Below, in pieces: positions 6,204-16,451 of a stretch of 32,000 nt of DNA. Position 1 is the stretch's first letter, and each line of letters opens with the position of its first letter. The position numbers were made by a program, and so were the translations under genes. This stretch comes from Desulfocapsa sulfexigens DSM 10523 (lineage in GTDB: Bacteria > Desulfobacterota > Desulfobulbia > Desulfobulbales > Desulfocapsaceae): contig NC_020304.1 in assembly GCF_000341395.1 (NCBI RefSeq), positions 3,000,001-3,032,000 of the forward strand, read 5' to 3'. The notes beneath the pieces were generated by a model, which saw only the letters and a program-made list of their open reading frames with translations, was not told where the DNA came from and ran no database searches.

Positions 6204-8492
6204 CTAACTGAATATTTTAATACCGCATTTTTCCAATGCTATGGCACCATATTTTTGGATAAGAGCATTGCCGTCTTTTAGATCCATTGCTCCTTTGCCA
6301 AATCTCAAGCCATAGTTAATTTCTCCTATAATAGCTGAGCAGGTGACAAATTTGGCACCAACAAAATTTTCCATTGCTGTGCCGATGGTGAGGGTGTAGT
6401 CCTCTGCAAAATGTATCGTCTGAACACTCCCACTGGATATTGCCCGTGTCAACCCGTTACTATGGCCGGTATGATTCCCCCCGACATCAATATGACGATC
6501 GCCTGTTACTGTGTATTTATCATTTCCTCCTACAGAAAATTCTCTGTTTTGGTCGACACTATAAAACTGATTTCCTGTAACAGAGAAATCTTCAACGCCA
6601 TCGACAATCTCAATCCTATCACCATTGCAATTAATGAGATCTCCACCTCCAATAATATCAGTTCGTCCTCCACTTTCTATGGTAATATTCTGTCCTTGTC
6701 CAATGGTGACATTTTGCATCTGATTAATTTCGACATTCTCTTCTCCGGTAACCTCAACTTTGCGATTTCCATCAACATAAATATATTGTTTGTCAGAACC
6801 TGCACCAAACGCAAAAGTTGAAGTACCTACGGTTTTATTTTCACTTCCTGCAATTCCAATGTATTTACTGCCACCAACGGTTTCATCAGAGTTTTCATCG
6901 CATTCCGAAACCATTGTCCCATCCGTATGCAAATAAATATTACCGGCATTAACTGCCCCTAATGACACAATGGATCCTTTAGTTGGTGATGACATATGGA
7001 TCTGTTGCCCACCGTTGGAATCTTCAATCCGGATTTGATTTCCACCTGCGGTACGAATCATTGACTGAGTCTGGTTAGAGCCTGTTACCGGGCTGCCAGT
7101 CTCAGGATTGGGAACGGTTCCGGAAATGATGGGTCGATCCGGATCTCCATCAATAAAGGTCAGCAGTACCTCGGTTCCCTTGTGCAGTGGAAAATGCATG
7201 CCATAGTCAGCACCGGCATAGGGCTGTGCCATTCGCACCCACCGAGAAGCCTTTCCATCTGCAGAATCGCTTTGATCAAAGGGGAGTTTTATCTTATAGC
7301 GACCTTCGTCATCAATTTCAGCATACTCACCATCTCCACCCGCATCAACGGTACCGTTAAGCGTCCCCTTCAATTTGGGCTTTTCCGCCAACCTTTCTGG
7401 CCTGAATTGGGCGTCTGCTGGGATACAGGTGAAATTATTAAAATAAGATGGGCCCTGCATATCAGTTTCTTCGACCGTATCACCGGTTCCGGTCAGGTAG
7501 GTGGACTGTACTCCCTGATGAGAGAGTTCTGTTATCAGATAACGCTGATTATAGGAGTCCCTGTAGTGGTCGTGCATCTCAAAAATATAACCGGCAAGAA
7601 AAGGTGGTACGGTCCCTTCACCATAAAATATAGCCTCACGGCAGAGGATCTCTTCAGCACGTATTCGGGCTAAGGCATTTCCCTCCTCCGGTGTTTTGAA
7701 ATGTTCTCCATAAATATAGACATGACCACGCCCCTCTGTGTCCACATCTGCCTCTCCCTTGAGATCAAGAGAAGGCTTGCGATAGTTGTAGTCTTTCAGA
7801 ATGACTTTTTTAGGCAACAGATGCTGATGGCAGGTGAATTCGCGAACCTGCTCAGTGGTGGAAGGAGAGAGAGAATCCGGTGGTGAATACCGGATTGATT
7901 CTCCGGAAGGGATATCTTCGTGAGCAGTGGAGGCATCTGCAATAATCAGTTTTTCTGCATCATCACCCTGTTGAAAATAATAATAGATTCCTTCCCGTTC
8001 CATCCATCGGGAAATAAAATTAAAATCACTTTCGTTATACTGGCAGATGTACTCCCATGGAGCATAGTTACCAGTCAGTTTTAATTCATAATCATGAGTG
8101 GTAAGACCGGTTTGTTTGAGCACCTCTTCGATGATATCGGGAATACTTTTATCGAGAAAGAGCTGGTTTTCAAGGTATTGGTCGGAAATCCATAGTCGTG
8201 GAACCAGTATGGCTCGAAAATAAATATGTCCGGAATACTCATGCAACTGCTCAAAGCGGGATAGAATGCCATGAAAGACTCGAAGCTCTTCCCCGTTTTT
8301 CTCAATTCTTAATTTTACCGGATTTTTCAACACCTCTTTTAAGTTTATATCAGGGTCATCGGCATAAAGAGTTATGTCAAATTCATACAGTTTAGAGATT
8401 GCCTCTGTACCGTTAAATTCAGCAACAGTAAAGGTGTCGTCCGGCTGAGATGTGGAAGTGAAAATAAATCTAATGTTTTCCTCAACTGGCAT
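6204..8492 (-). CDS. vgrG: T6SS spike protein VgrG (TssI)
   Basis: 762 aa. N-terminal gp27-like region (FTVAEFNGTEAISKLYEFDITLYADDP..). gp5 OB-fold region (RWVRMAQPYAGADYGMHFPLHKGTEVLLTFIDGDPDRPIISGTVPN). A long beta-helical repeat region follows (..GGNQIRIEDSNGGQQIHMSS..VTGEENVEINQMQNVTIGQGQNITIESGG..). Its start overlaps the clpV stop by 1 nt. Confidence 0.95.
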   Translation of the reverse strand: MPVEENIRFIFTSTSQPDDTFTVAEFNGTEAISKLYEFDITLYADDPDINLKEVLKNPVKLRIEKNGEELRVFHGILSRFEQLHEYSGHIYFRAILVPRLWISDQYLENQLFLDKSIPDIIEEVLKQTGLTTHDYELKLTGNYAPWEYICQYNESDFNFISRWMEREGIYYYFQQGDDAEKLIIADASTAHEDIPSGESIRYSPPDSLSPSTTEQVREFTCHQHLLPKKVILKDYNYRKPSLDLKGEADVDTEGRGHVYIYGEHFKTPEEGNALARIRAEEILCREAIFYGEGTVPPFLAGYIFEMHDHYRDSYNQRYLITELSHQGVQSTYLTGTGDTVEETDMQGPSYFNNFTCIPADAQFRPERLAEKPKLKGTLNGTVDAGGDGEYAEIDDEGRYKIKLPFDQSDSADGKASRWVRMAQPYAGADYGMHFPLHKGTEVLLTFIDGDPDRPIISGTVPNPETGSPVTGSNQTQSMIRTAGGNQIRIEDSNGGQQIHMSSPTKGSIVSLGAVNAGNIYLHTDGTMVSECDENSDETVGGSKYIGIAGSENKTVGTSTFAFGAGSDKQYIYVDGNRKVEVTGEENVEINQMQNVTIGQGQNITIESGGRTDIIGGGDLINCNGDRIEIVDGVEDFSVTGNQFYSVDQNREFSVGGNDKYTVTGDRHIDVGGNHTGHSNGLTRAISSGSVQTIHFAEDYTLTIGTAMENFVGAKFVTCSAIIGEINYGLRFGKGAMDLKDGNALIQKYGAIALEKCGIKIFS

Positions 8493-11143
8493 TAGTCATT
8501 CCCTCCAAATTGTATAGCAAAGTTACCATCTTGATCCATATCGAGGTGAACACTTGCAGGCATCGCCTCAGCACTCATGAAGGTGAGAATTTCTTTGGAC
8601 ATTTGTGGTAAAACCGTGCCATTCATGATGTGATCAATATTTCTTGCCCCGGTTTCCACTTCAGTACACCTGGCCGCGATCTGTTTAATAACCTCTTCGC
8701 TGTAGGTTAATTTCATCTTGTGAGTCTCGGCCAATCGTTTAACCAGCTTGTTTAGTTTTAATTTTACAATATCACTTAAGATGTCCTGCGGTAAAGTCAT
8801 ATAGGGAACCACCGTCATTCGTGCAAGGAGGGCAGGCTTGAAATGATTGCTCAAAATAGGCCGAACGGCATTCATAATGACCTCTGGCGGCAGATCAGCG
8901 TCGCCGGTGGTCATTTCGGTGATGACATCGGTTGCCAGATTGGAGGTGAGAAAAATAATAGTATTTTTGAAATCGATTTCTCTTCCTTCACCATCGGAGA
9001 GTGAGCCTTTATCAAAAACCTGATAAAAGAGATTCATCACCTCAAGATTGGCCTTTTCAACTTCATCCAGAAGAACTATTGAATAGGGACGCTGGCGAAC
9101 GGCTTCGGTGAGCACACCTCCTTCACCATAGCCGACATATCCTGGAGGTGAACCTACCAGTCGACTCAGGGTATGGCGTTCCTGAAATTCACTCATGTTA
9201 ATGGAGGTTACAAATCGCTCCCCTCCAAGGATCAGATCGGCCAGAGCCAGGGCTGTCTCAGTCTTGCCGACTCCACTTGGTCCAACCAGTAAAAATATTC
9301 CAAGAGGCTGATTCGGATCTTTAAGTCCTGATTTTGCAGCTTTGATTACTTCAGCAATCGCTGCAAGACCGTGATCCTGTCCCTTGATGCGATCCTTCAT
9401 CTTTTCTTCAAGGTTTACTATATTTGAAGCCTGATCACGCATGACACTACCGAGCGGGACACCTGTCCAATCCGATACAACTTTGGAAACGATATCCGGA
9501 TCAACTTCTATGCGAACCAGGGACTCATCTTTCTGGATAGACTTAAATTCTTCTGTCAGTGTTACAAGTTCTTTTTCAAGTTGCGGAATTATCTCTTTGT
9601 TCTCAGGTTCTTCAAGGGTAGCGGCTTCCTTGAGTTTGAAAAGCTCTTTTCGTGAATTTATTAATCTACCAGCCACTTCTTGCTCGGTTTTCCACTGCAG
9701 GATAAGGGCTTCCAGTTGTTTGCCAAGATCCGCTATTTTGGCCACGATTTCTGAAAAACGTTCTTCGTCTATCGCAAAACCATGAAGCTGATCTCTTTCC
9801 ATGGCCTTTTTCTCACGTTCCAGGGCCTGGACACTCCGTTCTCTGTCCTCAATTACATCGGGTTTAGCGGTGAGAAGCACCTTGACCCGGGCGGCACTGG
9901 TATCGAGCAGATCTACAGCCTTATCAGGCAACTGCCTGCCGGAAATATAGCGACTGGAAAGTTCGGCTGCTGCAATAATAGCGTCATCACGGACTATTAC
10001 CCCATGAGCCTCTTCGTACTTTTGTTTTAAACCACGCAGGATAAGGATGGCTGTTTCAGTGGAAGGTTCTTCAAGTTTAACAAGTTGAAATCTTCTGGCA
10101 AGGGCCGGGTCCTTCTCGAAATATTTCTTGTATTCAGACCAGGTTGTGGCGGCAACTGTCCGTAATTCGCCTCTGGCTAAAGCCGGTTTGAGGAGGTTCG
10201 CAGCATCGCTTTGTCCAGCAGCACCACCGGCACCAATCAGGGTATGAGCTTCGTCGATAAAGAGGATGATCGGCTTTGGTGATGCCTTGATCTCGTTAAT
10301 AACTGATTTGAGGCGATTCTCAAATTCTCCTTTGACTCCGGCGCCTGCCTGAAGAAGTCCCATGTCAAGGCCGAGAATAGATACATTTTCAAGGAGATCA
10401 GGTACGTCTCCTTCAACTATCCTCAGGGCAAGGCCTTCAACGACTGCAGTTTTACCAACACCTGCTTCTCCGACCACAATGGGATTGTTTTTTCTTCTTC
10501 TTGCAAGGATATCAACCATTTGTCGTATTTCAAGATCTCTTCCAAAAACCGGGTCGATCTCACCGTCTTTAGCTTTCGCGGTAAAATCTACACAAAATTT
10601 TCCAAGTGCCGTGGAGTCTCTGGGGCCTGAAACCTCCTTACTCTCTCCTGCCTCACCTGGAGCAGGCTGTTCAATGGATGGTTTAACAATATCCCAGAAT
10701 TCACTCTTGAGTCCATCAAACGATATACCATTCAATTGATCAAGAAATTGTCCTGCACCAAAGCGGGATGGATTGTTGACCAGGGTTAGCAGCAGTACTC
10801 CCGATCGAAGTCCGTTTTCATCAAGATCCACCGAGGCAATCAGCCAGGACTCCTGAAACCATTCCATCAACAGTGGAGAAAAAACGGGTTTGGCAGCATT
10901 TCCGGTTTTGAATTCTTCAAGGGCATGATCAATACCTTTACTGAATTTTCCGGGATCTATATCATAATGACGTAAAATAAGGGGAAGATCAGACTGATCT
11001 TCTTCAAGGAGTTTGGAAAGAAAATGCTCAAGGGTTACCTCATAATGGCTCCGTGAAACACACAGGCCGGCTGCGGCCTCAAGACAACGGGTACAAAAAG
11101 GATTTAAGCGCCCTAATAGCGATTTAATGTCTACGGTCAGCAT
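8492..11143 (-). CDS. clpV: T6SS AAA+ ATPase ClpV (TssH)
   Basis: 883 aa. Two Walker A motifs are present (GEAGVGKTAVVEGLA and GPSGVGKTETALALA), each with a Walker B (ILFIDEAH, VLLDEVEKA). There is a Clp N-domain-like N-terminus and a middle coiled-coil region. Confidence 0.95.
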   Translation of the reverse strand: MLTVDIKSLLGRLNPFCTRCLEAAAGLCVSRSHYEVTLEHFLSKLLEEDQSDLPLILRHYDIDPGKFSKGIDHALEEFKTGNAAKPVFSPLLMEWFQESWLIASVDLDENGLRSGVLLLTLVNNPSRFGAGQFLDQLNGISFDGLKSEFWDIVKPSIEQPAPGEAGESKEVSGPRDSTALGKFCVDFTAKAKDGEIDPVFGRDLEIRQMVDILARRRKNNPIVVGEAGVGKTAVVEGLALRIVEGDVPDLLENVSILGLDMGLLQAGAGVKGEFENRLKSVINEIKASPKPIILFIDEAHTLIGAGGAAGQSDAANLLKPALARGELRTVAATTWSEYKKYFEKDPALARRFQLVKLEEPSTETAILILRGLKQKYEEAHGVIVRDDAIIAAAELSSRYISGRQLPDKAVDLLDTSAARVKVLLTAKPDVIEDRERSVQALEREKKAMERDQLHGFAIDEERFSEIVAKIADLGKQLEALILQWKTEQEVAGRLINSRKELFKLKEAATLEEPENKEIIPQLEKELVTLTEEFKSIQKDESLVRIEVDPDIVSKVVSDWTGVPLGSVMRDQASNIVNLEEKMKDRIKGQDHGLAAIAEVIKAAKSGLKDPNQPLGIFLLVGPSGVGKTETALALADLILGGERFVTSINMSEFQERHTLSRLVGSPPGYVGYGEGGVLTEAVRQRPYSIVLLDEVEKANLEVMNLFYQVFDKGSLSDGEGREIDFKNTIIFLTSNLATDVITEMTTGDADLPPEVIMNAVRPILSNHFKPALLARMTVVPYMTLPQDILSDIVKLKLNKLVKRLAETHKMKLTYSEEVIKQIAARCTEVETGARNIDHIMNGTVLPQMSKEILTFMSAEAMPASVHLDMDQDGNFAIQFGGND

Positions 11144-11179
11144 GGTTCTCTCCGATTGTTGTTAGTAATGGAATATAAG

Positions 11180-12208
11180 TTATCTTTGAGGATAAAACAG
11201 GTTACTTTTTTCTCCGATCTCTTCTCCAGAAAACAGCCAGCTGTCAAGACCAAGGCCCGACCATTGTTCGCCTCCAAGACAGACTGTTTTGGCCTGTCGA
11301 CCCGCCATGGTTACCTTAATGTCGTAATCAAGAGGATCACTGACGAAGAGGTCTGTCAGCATGACAACCTTATTATACAAGGCGCTGCCGGGGAGAAATG
11401 CTCTATATTCTGGTTCATCAAGTGGTCCTATTTCTATACGAAACCGACCCATTCGATCTCCAATCTCTTCTCCAAGAAAGCTGTCACAGCCAAGGGCGAC
11501 AACAGATGCACCAAGCTGAATTCTCTGATCTTCAGGAATTTTCGCTTTTCGTTCCAGGCAGGAGAGAATGTCAACGGGAAGATTTAAAGCGTCGGAAAGC
11601 AGGGTTTTCAGGCCTAAGGCTGATCTTGGGGCCTGACTGAACAATCCGGCATATCGAAGTAAATCCTTGGGGTTTTGAATATTTTTTCGGAATTCCGGTT
11701 CTCCCAAACCCAGTAAGCAAAAAAGACGCTCCAGATGGGAATTCTCCTCTTCCTCACTGATTTGTTGAAACTGCCGATACTTCAACCAGCTTTGGAAAAA
11801 GAGGAGATAGAGTCTTTGGTGAATGATATCGAGGAAATCACGGCTGGCAGATGTGTCTTCTGAGGCCTCATCCAACAGCTCCTCACTGTAAAAGGTTGGC
11901 AGGGGAGATGAGGACCCGTATAAACTTAAAAAATTAGTTTTTATTTTGAACGTACTCTTGTCATTCTGATCACAATGTTCTTCGATCGATTCAATATCAC
12001 TTGCAGGAAAACCAAGGGATAAATGGGGGACAATCCGGATTTGATTATGTTGGTAGGGGGCTGCTTTACTCTCAGAGGACGGAGAATCAAGATAAAGGCG
12101 GAGCAGTCTAATGACCTGAAAAAAAGAAAAGTTCTCTCCTTCTTTCAGTAAGGACAACTTGACATCTAGCTTTAAATCAGGGGACGTTCCCCTATCCGTG
12201 CCGGCCAT
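11180..12208 (-). CDS. tssG: T6SS baseplate protein TssG
   Basis: 342 aa. The N-terminal FSFFQVIRLLRLY motif is typical of TssG. It overlaps the 3' end of tssF by 37 nt and lies in the conserved tssE-tssF-tssG order. Confidence 0.9.
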   Translation of the reverse strand: MAGTDRGTSPDLKLDVKLSLLKEGENFSFFQVIRLLRLYLDSPSSESKAAPYQHNQIRIVPHLSLGFPASDIESIEEHCDQNDKSTFKIKTNFLSLYGSSSPLPTFYSEELLDEASEDTSASRDFLDIIHQRLYLLFFQSWLKYRQFQQISEEEENSHLERLFCLLGLGEPEFRKNIQNPKDLLRYAGLFSQAPRSALGLKTLLSDALNLPVDILSCLERKAKIPEDQRIQLGASVVALGCDSFLGEEIGDRMGRFRIEIGPLDEPEYRAFLPGSALYNKVVMLTDLFVSDPLDYDIKVTMAGRQAKTVCLGGEQWSGLGLDSWLFSGEEIGEKSNLFYPQR

Positions 12209-13905
12209 GAAATGATTTCTCCTCTCAAACTTTCTTTAAGGGTGAACCTGGTAAAGGAATTAAAAGTTGAATATACTGCAAGAAATTCGTTGAGGATTGA
12301 AGCAAAAAGATAGAGATCACCTTGACTTGCAAAGTGATCATAACGGGCCTCCATATGAATTTCCCTCCCCCGCATCATAAGACCGTTTACTAGCCTGTCT
12401 CCAGGGGTGGAACTGATCTTCTGCAGACCATCTATTCGCTTCTGATTGGCTAGTAAAGTCGTTCTGTCTTTAGTGTCAGGAAAAAGGTACAGGCCGAGTA
12501 ATGTCTTTAAATTTTTAATATCAGCAAGTGAAGTGTAATTCAGGGACAGATGTCCGAGAAGTCTCCAGAGGAGGTTTTTCTCCAGAGGTGGCTGAGCCCC
12601 GGATGTGGGTGGACTTATATTGGAAAAGGTGATGAATTCAGGAGTTGAGCTTGTGGGCTGTGATATGTCACCAACCTGGATACTGTCGGGAAGATCACCA
12701 TTGGTGCACGTCAGTTCGATGCTAAGAGTCTCAGGAAGTGGTGGGCCATCTTTTTTAGGGTAACTTACAGAAATATAGGTGTCGGTCACCCTGCGTGATG
12801 GCGATTTCCTTTTACTTGTATTGTAAACAGGGCCAGATGCACCGTTTCGATTAAAGTGGTCAAAATGTTGATATTCCCTTGCTGTTGCAGTTCCCTGGAT
12901 GTAACCGGTTACCCTGTCCACCGAGTACACCTGGAAATGAGTTAAATTTGATGCAGCGGGCCGAACACGGTATTCGCTCATCCGGTGATCAAGACGGACG
13001 GGGTCTGCTTCATGCTTAAAAAGATTGAGTACAGGAGTGGCAAAAAGAATGAAATCTTTTGTACGGATTCTTGGTATTTGAAAAGGAATGTCGTTTAACT
13101 CAAAAATAATCTCAAATTGTGTTCCTTCTCCGCGATTGAACCATTTTTCAAGCCCGGTGAGATTAAGAAAAAGAAAATTCTCAGGGAGAGTGAAATATTC
13201 CTGAAGAATTCGGTATCCAGGAAAAGAGTTGCCGGGATAGGGCAAGACGCCATCTGCCATATTGAATCCCACAGGTTGCAGATGTTCTTTAGTTAAGGAA
13301 AATTCGGAGTCCTGATCTTTCGCCTTAATAATTATACGACGTAGATAATGACGAAGGATAAAATATTTGTCACTGGCAGAAGAGTAGTCACCCGCCAGAT
13401 GAAATTGTAAATTTTTTAGCTGAAGATTGTTGAGAGCTCCACCCTTTGTTTGAAGTGTGACCCGGATGGAGGAAGCCATTCCTGGGGTTTCCACAAAAGC
13501 GACATCCGTGATCGCTATCGGTTGTACCTCAACATCAAAACAGGTTTGAAAGAGGCAGGTTGTTCCGGCAACGGGGACCGAGGCCAGTTGGACACCTTTT
13601 TTTATTTTTAAGGCCTGTTTAAGTGAAGATTTGGGCTGGAAGGCGACAATGGCAGCGGAAGGTAATGGTCTAAGGTAATGCGGCCATATCAGATGAATGA
13701 GATCGTGGATGATTTCGGGAAAATCGTCATCAAGTTTTTCCCGGATGAGGCCGGTCAGAAAAGCTACTCCTTCCAGCAGTCGTTCGACATCGGGATCAGC
13801 AGAGGAACCGCTCAACATCGATGCTATGGAAGGGTGCGTTTCAGCAAATTCTGCCCCAAGATCACGCAAGGCAGCAAGTTCCTGAAGGTAGTAGTGATTG
13901 AGCAT
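12172..13905 (-). CDS. tssF: T6SS baseplate protein TssF
   Basis: 577 aa. The N-terminus MLNHYYLQELAALRDLGAEFAETHPSIASML is the characteristic TssF start (yY..EL..LR..g.eFa..hP.iA). Synteny supports the call. Confidence 0.9.
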   Translation of the reverse strand: MLNHYYLQELAALRDLGAEFAETHPSIASMLSGSSADPDVERLLEGVAFLTGLIREKLDDDFPEIIHDLIHLIWPHYLRPLPSAAIVAFQPKSSLKQALKIKKGVQLASVPVAGTTCLFQTCFDVEVQPIAITDVAFVETPGMASSIRVTLQTKGGALNNLQLKNLQFHLAGDYSSASDKYFILRHYLRRIIIKAKDQDSEFSLTKEHLQPVGFNMADGVLPYPGNSFPGYRILQEYFTLPENFLFLNLTGLEKWFNRGEGTQFEIIFELNDIPFQIPRIRTKDFILFATPVLNLFKHEADPVRLDHRMSEYRVRPAASNLTHFQVYSVDRVTGYIQGTATAREYQHFDHFNRNGASGPVYNTSKRKSPSRRVTDTYISVSYPKKDGPPLPETLSIELTCTNGDLPDSIQVGDISQPTSSTPEFITFSNISPPTSGAQPPLEKNLLWRLLGHLSLNYTSLADIKNLKTLLGLYLFPDTKDRTTLLANQKRIDGLQKISSTPGDRLVNGLMMRGREIHMEARYDHFASQGDLYLFASILNEFLAVYSTFNSFTRFTLKESLRGEIISWPARIGERPLI

Positions 13906-13919
13906 TGCGTATCTTCTGG

Positions 13920-14333
13920 TTATTTTTTTATGCTTATCTGACCATCGGAATTTAAAAGACTTTCAAAAAGTACTGAGGTATTGGAACCTGAGGTGGCAAG
14001 TTTTGCAAAAATCTGAAACTTCACAGCAAGACGATCTTCTTCCTGGGGGGTAAAGGCTACCCGCACGGCTCGCAGTCGTGGTTCGTACTGGGTAATTGTC
14101 TGTCTGATTGCCCTTTCAAAGCCTCGGAGTGACTGAGGGTATTCAGTAAGAAATTCAGTGAAATCAGGGGTTCCGTATTCTTCAGAAATCAGGACATTTC
14201 CCTGCCGGGTATTGAGGATCTGTTTCAGGTGGTCCTGGATGGAGTCGATCACCTTCAACGGATCCTCACTTTCCCGACGGAGAGGGTCATGCTCCCTCTG
14301 CCGGATACGCTCTAATAACCTGGCTTCCCGCAT
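13920..14333 (-). CDS. tssE: T6SS baseplate protein TssE (gp25-like)
   Basis: 137 aa. The size and sequence (..SIQDHLKQILNTRQGNVLISEEYGTPDFTEF..YEPRL..V) fit the GPW/gp25 family. Its position is between hcp and tssF. Confidence 0.9.
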   Translation of the reverse strand: MREARLLERIRQREHDPLRRESEDPLKVIDSIQDHLKQILNTRQGNVLISEEYGTPDFTEFLTEYPQSLRGFERAIRQTITQYEPRLRAVRVAFTPQEEDRLAVKFQIFAKLATSGSNTSVLFESLLNSDGQISIKK

Positions 14334-14362
14334 GATTCAGTTATCCCGTGTCATCTATACAT

Positions 14363-14380
14363 TCAGGATGAGATTCCTGA
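14363..14380 (-). other. Short hairpin (6-bp stem TCAGGA/TCCTGA, 6-nt loop) in the hcp-tssE spacer
   Basis: Read directly: tcaggatgagattcctga. It is not followed by a U-tract on the transcript, so at most it is a weak attenuator or RNA-stability element. Confidence 0.2.
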
Positions 14381-14383
14381 ACA

Positions 14384-14872
14384 TCAGACCATTGGAGCTT
14401 CCCAATCATCTTCAGCCGTAATGCCACCATCTTCCCAGGTCCATATTATTTTTTGATAACAAAAAGAGACGTGCTCTCTTTCTTTGTGCTGCATATTTTC
14501 AGGATATTTGTTGTTAAGCATCTCCTGACGTATTTTAGAGATGGACGCATTTTCCAGTTGGATGGTGTAGTGCTGTACTTCCTTGCCGGTTGAGGAAGGT
14601 TGCCAACACCGAAGCTCAAGGCTGGTTATGTTTTCATTATTGACCATGGCTGAATAAATAAGAGGACTTGACTTATCCACCTCTTTGACAAGGGTGAGCG
14701 GGCCATGTTGTCTCTTTCCGGTGGGAAGTCCAGAGGCTGCATCTCTTGGCGAAGATATTTCCTGATCAAAAGCAATTATAGCGATCATATCTTCACGACC
14801 TGCCTGGGTTACAGATCCTTTAATCTCGCCCTGAGTCTCTCCGGTAAGCTTGAGGTATGCATTTAATGCCAT
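14384..14872 (-). CDS. hcp: T6SS inner tube protein Hcp (TssD)
   Basis: 162 aa. MALNAYLKLTGETQGEIKGSVTQAGREDMIAIIAFDQEISSPRD..GKRQHGPLTLVKEVDKSSPLIY is a canonical Hcp1-family N-terminus. A strong SD (AAGGAGA) precedes the ATG. Confidence 0.93.
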   Translation of the reverse strand: MALNAYLKLTGETQGEIKGSVTQAGREDMIAIIAFDQEISSPRDAASGLPTGKRQHGPLTLVKEVDKSSPLIYSAMVNNENITSLELRCWQPSSTGKEVQHYTIQLENASISKIRQEMLNNKYPENMQHKEREHVSFCYQKIIWTWEDGGITAEDDWEAPMV

Positions 14873-14954
14873 TTGTCTGTCTCCTTAAGTTGTAATTTGA
14901 TAAGTGTTCAGCGGATGGAACAGTCTCAATTGAATTATCAAGAACATGGCTGTG

Positions 14955-16442
14955 CTATTTTTTGTCAAGTTTCCCAACCAGTGATAAAGTAAAAGATGCC
15001 CCCATATATTTGAAATGTGGGCGTACTTTCAGACCGACTTTGTACCAACCAGGTTCACCTTCCACGGAATCTACTGTTACTTCCGCCATTCTAAGTGGTC
15101 TGCGACTTCTGGCACTTGCCGAAGGGTTGTCCATTTCTGTAACATACTGACTGATCCACTTATTCAGCTCCATTTCAAGGTCGCTTCTTTCCTTCCAGGA
15201 ACCAATATTTTCTCTCTGCAAAACCTTGAGATAATGGGCCAGGCGGTTGATCACAAACATATAGGGCAACTGCAGGCCAAGTTTGTAGTTGAGCTCTGCC
15301 TCTTTACCTTCCTTTGAAATTCCGAAATTTTTGGCTTTTTGAACAGAATTAGCAGAGAAAAAGGCTGCATTATCGCTATTTTTTCTCATAGTAAGGCCGA
15401 TAAAACCTTCTTCTGCCAGTTCAAATTCCTTTCGTTCCGAAACCAGTACTTCGGTAGGAATTTTCGTTTGGGTTGCACCCATGGCATTATATTGGTGAAG
15501 TTTTAAATCTTCGACGGTGCCACCGCCTTGAGGGCCGATAATGTTAGCACACCAGCGATATTTGGCAAAACTGTCGGTGAGTCTTGTGGCAAAGGCAAAA
15601 GCCGCGTTGCCCCAGAGATATTTACCATGATTACCAACAACATTTTCTTCATATTCAAAGGTTTTGATAGGGTCACTTTCTGCACCATAGGGCAAGCGCA
15701 GGAGAAAACGTGGCATGGTCAGTCCGATATATCTCGCATCTTCTGATTCGCGGAAGGACTGCCATTTGAGATATTTGGGTCCCTCAAAGATCGATTTGAG
15801 ATCTTTCAAATTGGGGAGTTCATTAAAATCTTCAATATCGAAAAATTGAGGGCCAGCTGCGGCGATAAATGGGGCATGAGCCATTGCAGCAACGCTTGCA
15901 ATGGATTGAAGGAGCTTAATATCCTGAGGGCCTGGACCAAAGTCATAATTGCCAATCATGGCGGCGTAGGGTTGGCCACCAAATTGCCCATATTCCGCTG
16001 TATAAGCTGTTTTGTAGAGGCCGGATTTTGCAATTTCAGGAGAGTCCTCAAAATCATCAAGCAAGTCTTCTTTGCTGATATTAACTATCTCGAGTTTGAT
16101 GTTTTCACGGAAATCTGTATTGTCAACCATGTACTTCATGGAACGCCAGGCAGATTCGAGCTTTTGAAAATCTTCATGATGGAGGATGGCATCAACCTGT
16201 AGACCGACTTTCTTGTCTATTTCGGCGATCATTTCATCAACCACGGCTTTAGTGACTTTATCAACACCTTTACCGGGTTCGATCAACTGGGCGATAAGCG
16301 CCTCTACACCTTTTTTTGCCATGCCATAAGCTTCATCGGCAGGCTTAAGCTTTGTTGCCTGGGTAATCTCTTCAAGAAGGGATGTCGTTTCCTCTACTAT
16401 CTGCTCCCTGCCCTGAGCATTTTGTTCTTGTTCTTCGGCCAT
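14955..16442 (-). CDS. tssC: T6SS contractile sheath large subunit TssC (VipB)
   Basis: 495 aa, typical TssC length. The sequence is TssC-like (..AWRSMKYMVDNTDF..NIKLEIVNISKEDL.., ..GPQGGGTVEDL..). It lies 9 nt downstream of tssB. Confidence 0.95.
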   Translation of the reverse strand: MAEEQEQNAQGREQIVEETTSLLEEITQATKLKPADEAYGMAKKGVEALIAQLIEPGKGVDKVTKAVVDEMIAEIDKKVGLQVDAILHHEDFQKLESAWRSMKYMVDNTDFRENIKLEIVNISKEDLLDDFEDSPEIAKSGLYKTAYTAEYGQFGGQPYAAMIGNYDFGPGPQDIKLLQSIASVAAMAHAPFIAAAGPQFFDIEDFNELPNLKDLKSIFEGPKYLKWQSFRESEDARYIGLTMPRFLLRLPYGAESDPIKTFEYEENVVGNHGKYLWGNAAFAFATRLTDSFAKYRWCANIIGPQGGGTVEDLKLHQYNAMGATQTKIPTEVLVSERKEFELAEEGFIGLTMRKNSDNAAFFSANSVQKAKNFGISKEGKEAELNYKLGLQLPYMFVINRLAHYLKVLQRENIGSWKERSDLEMELNKWISQYVTEMDNPSASARSRRPLRMAEVTVDSVEGEPGWYKVGLKVRPHFKYMGASFTLSLVGKLDKK

Positions 16443-16451
16443 GGTTCTCTC

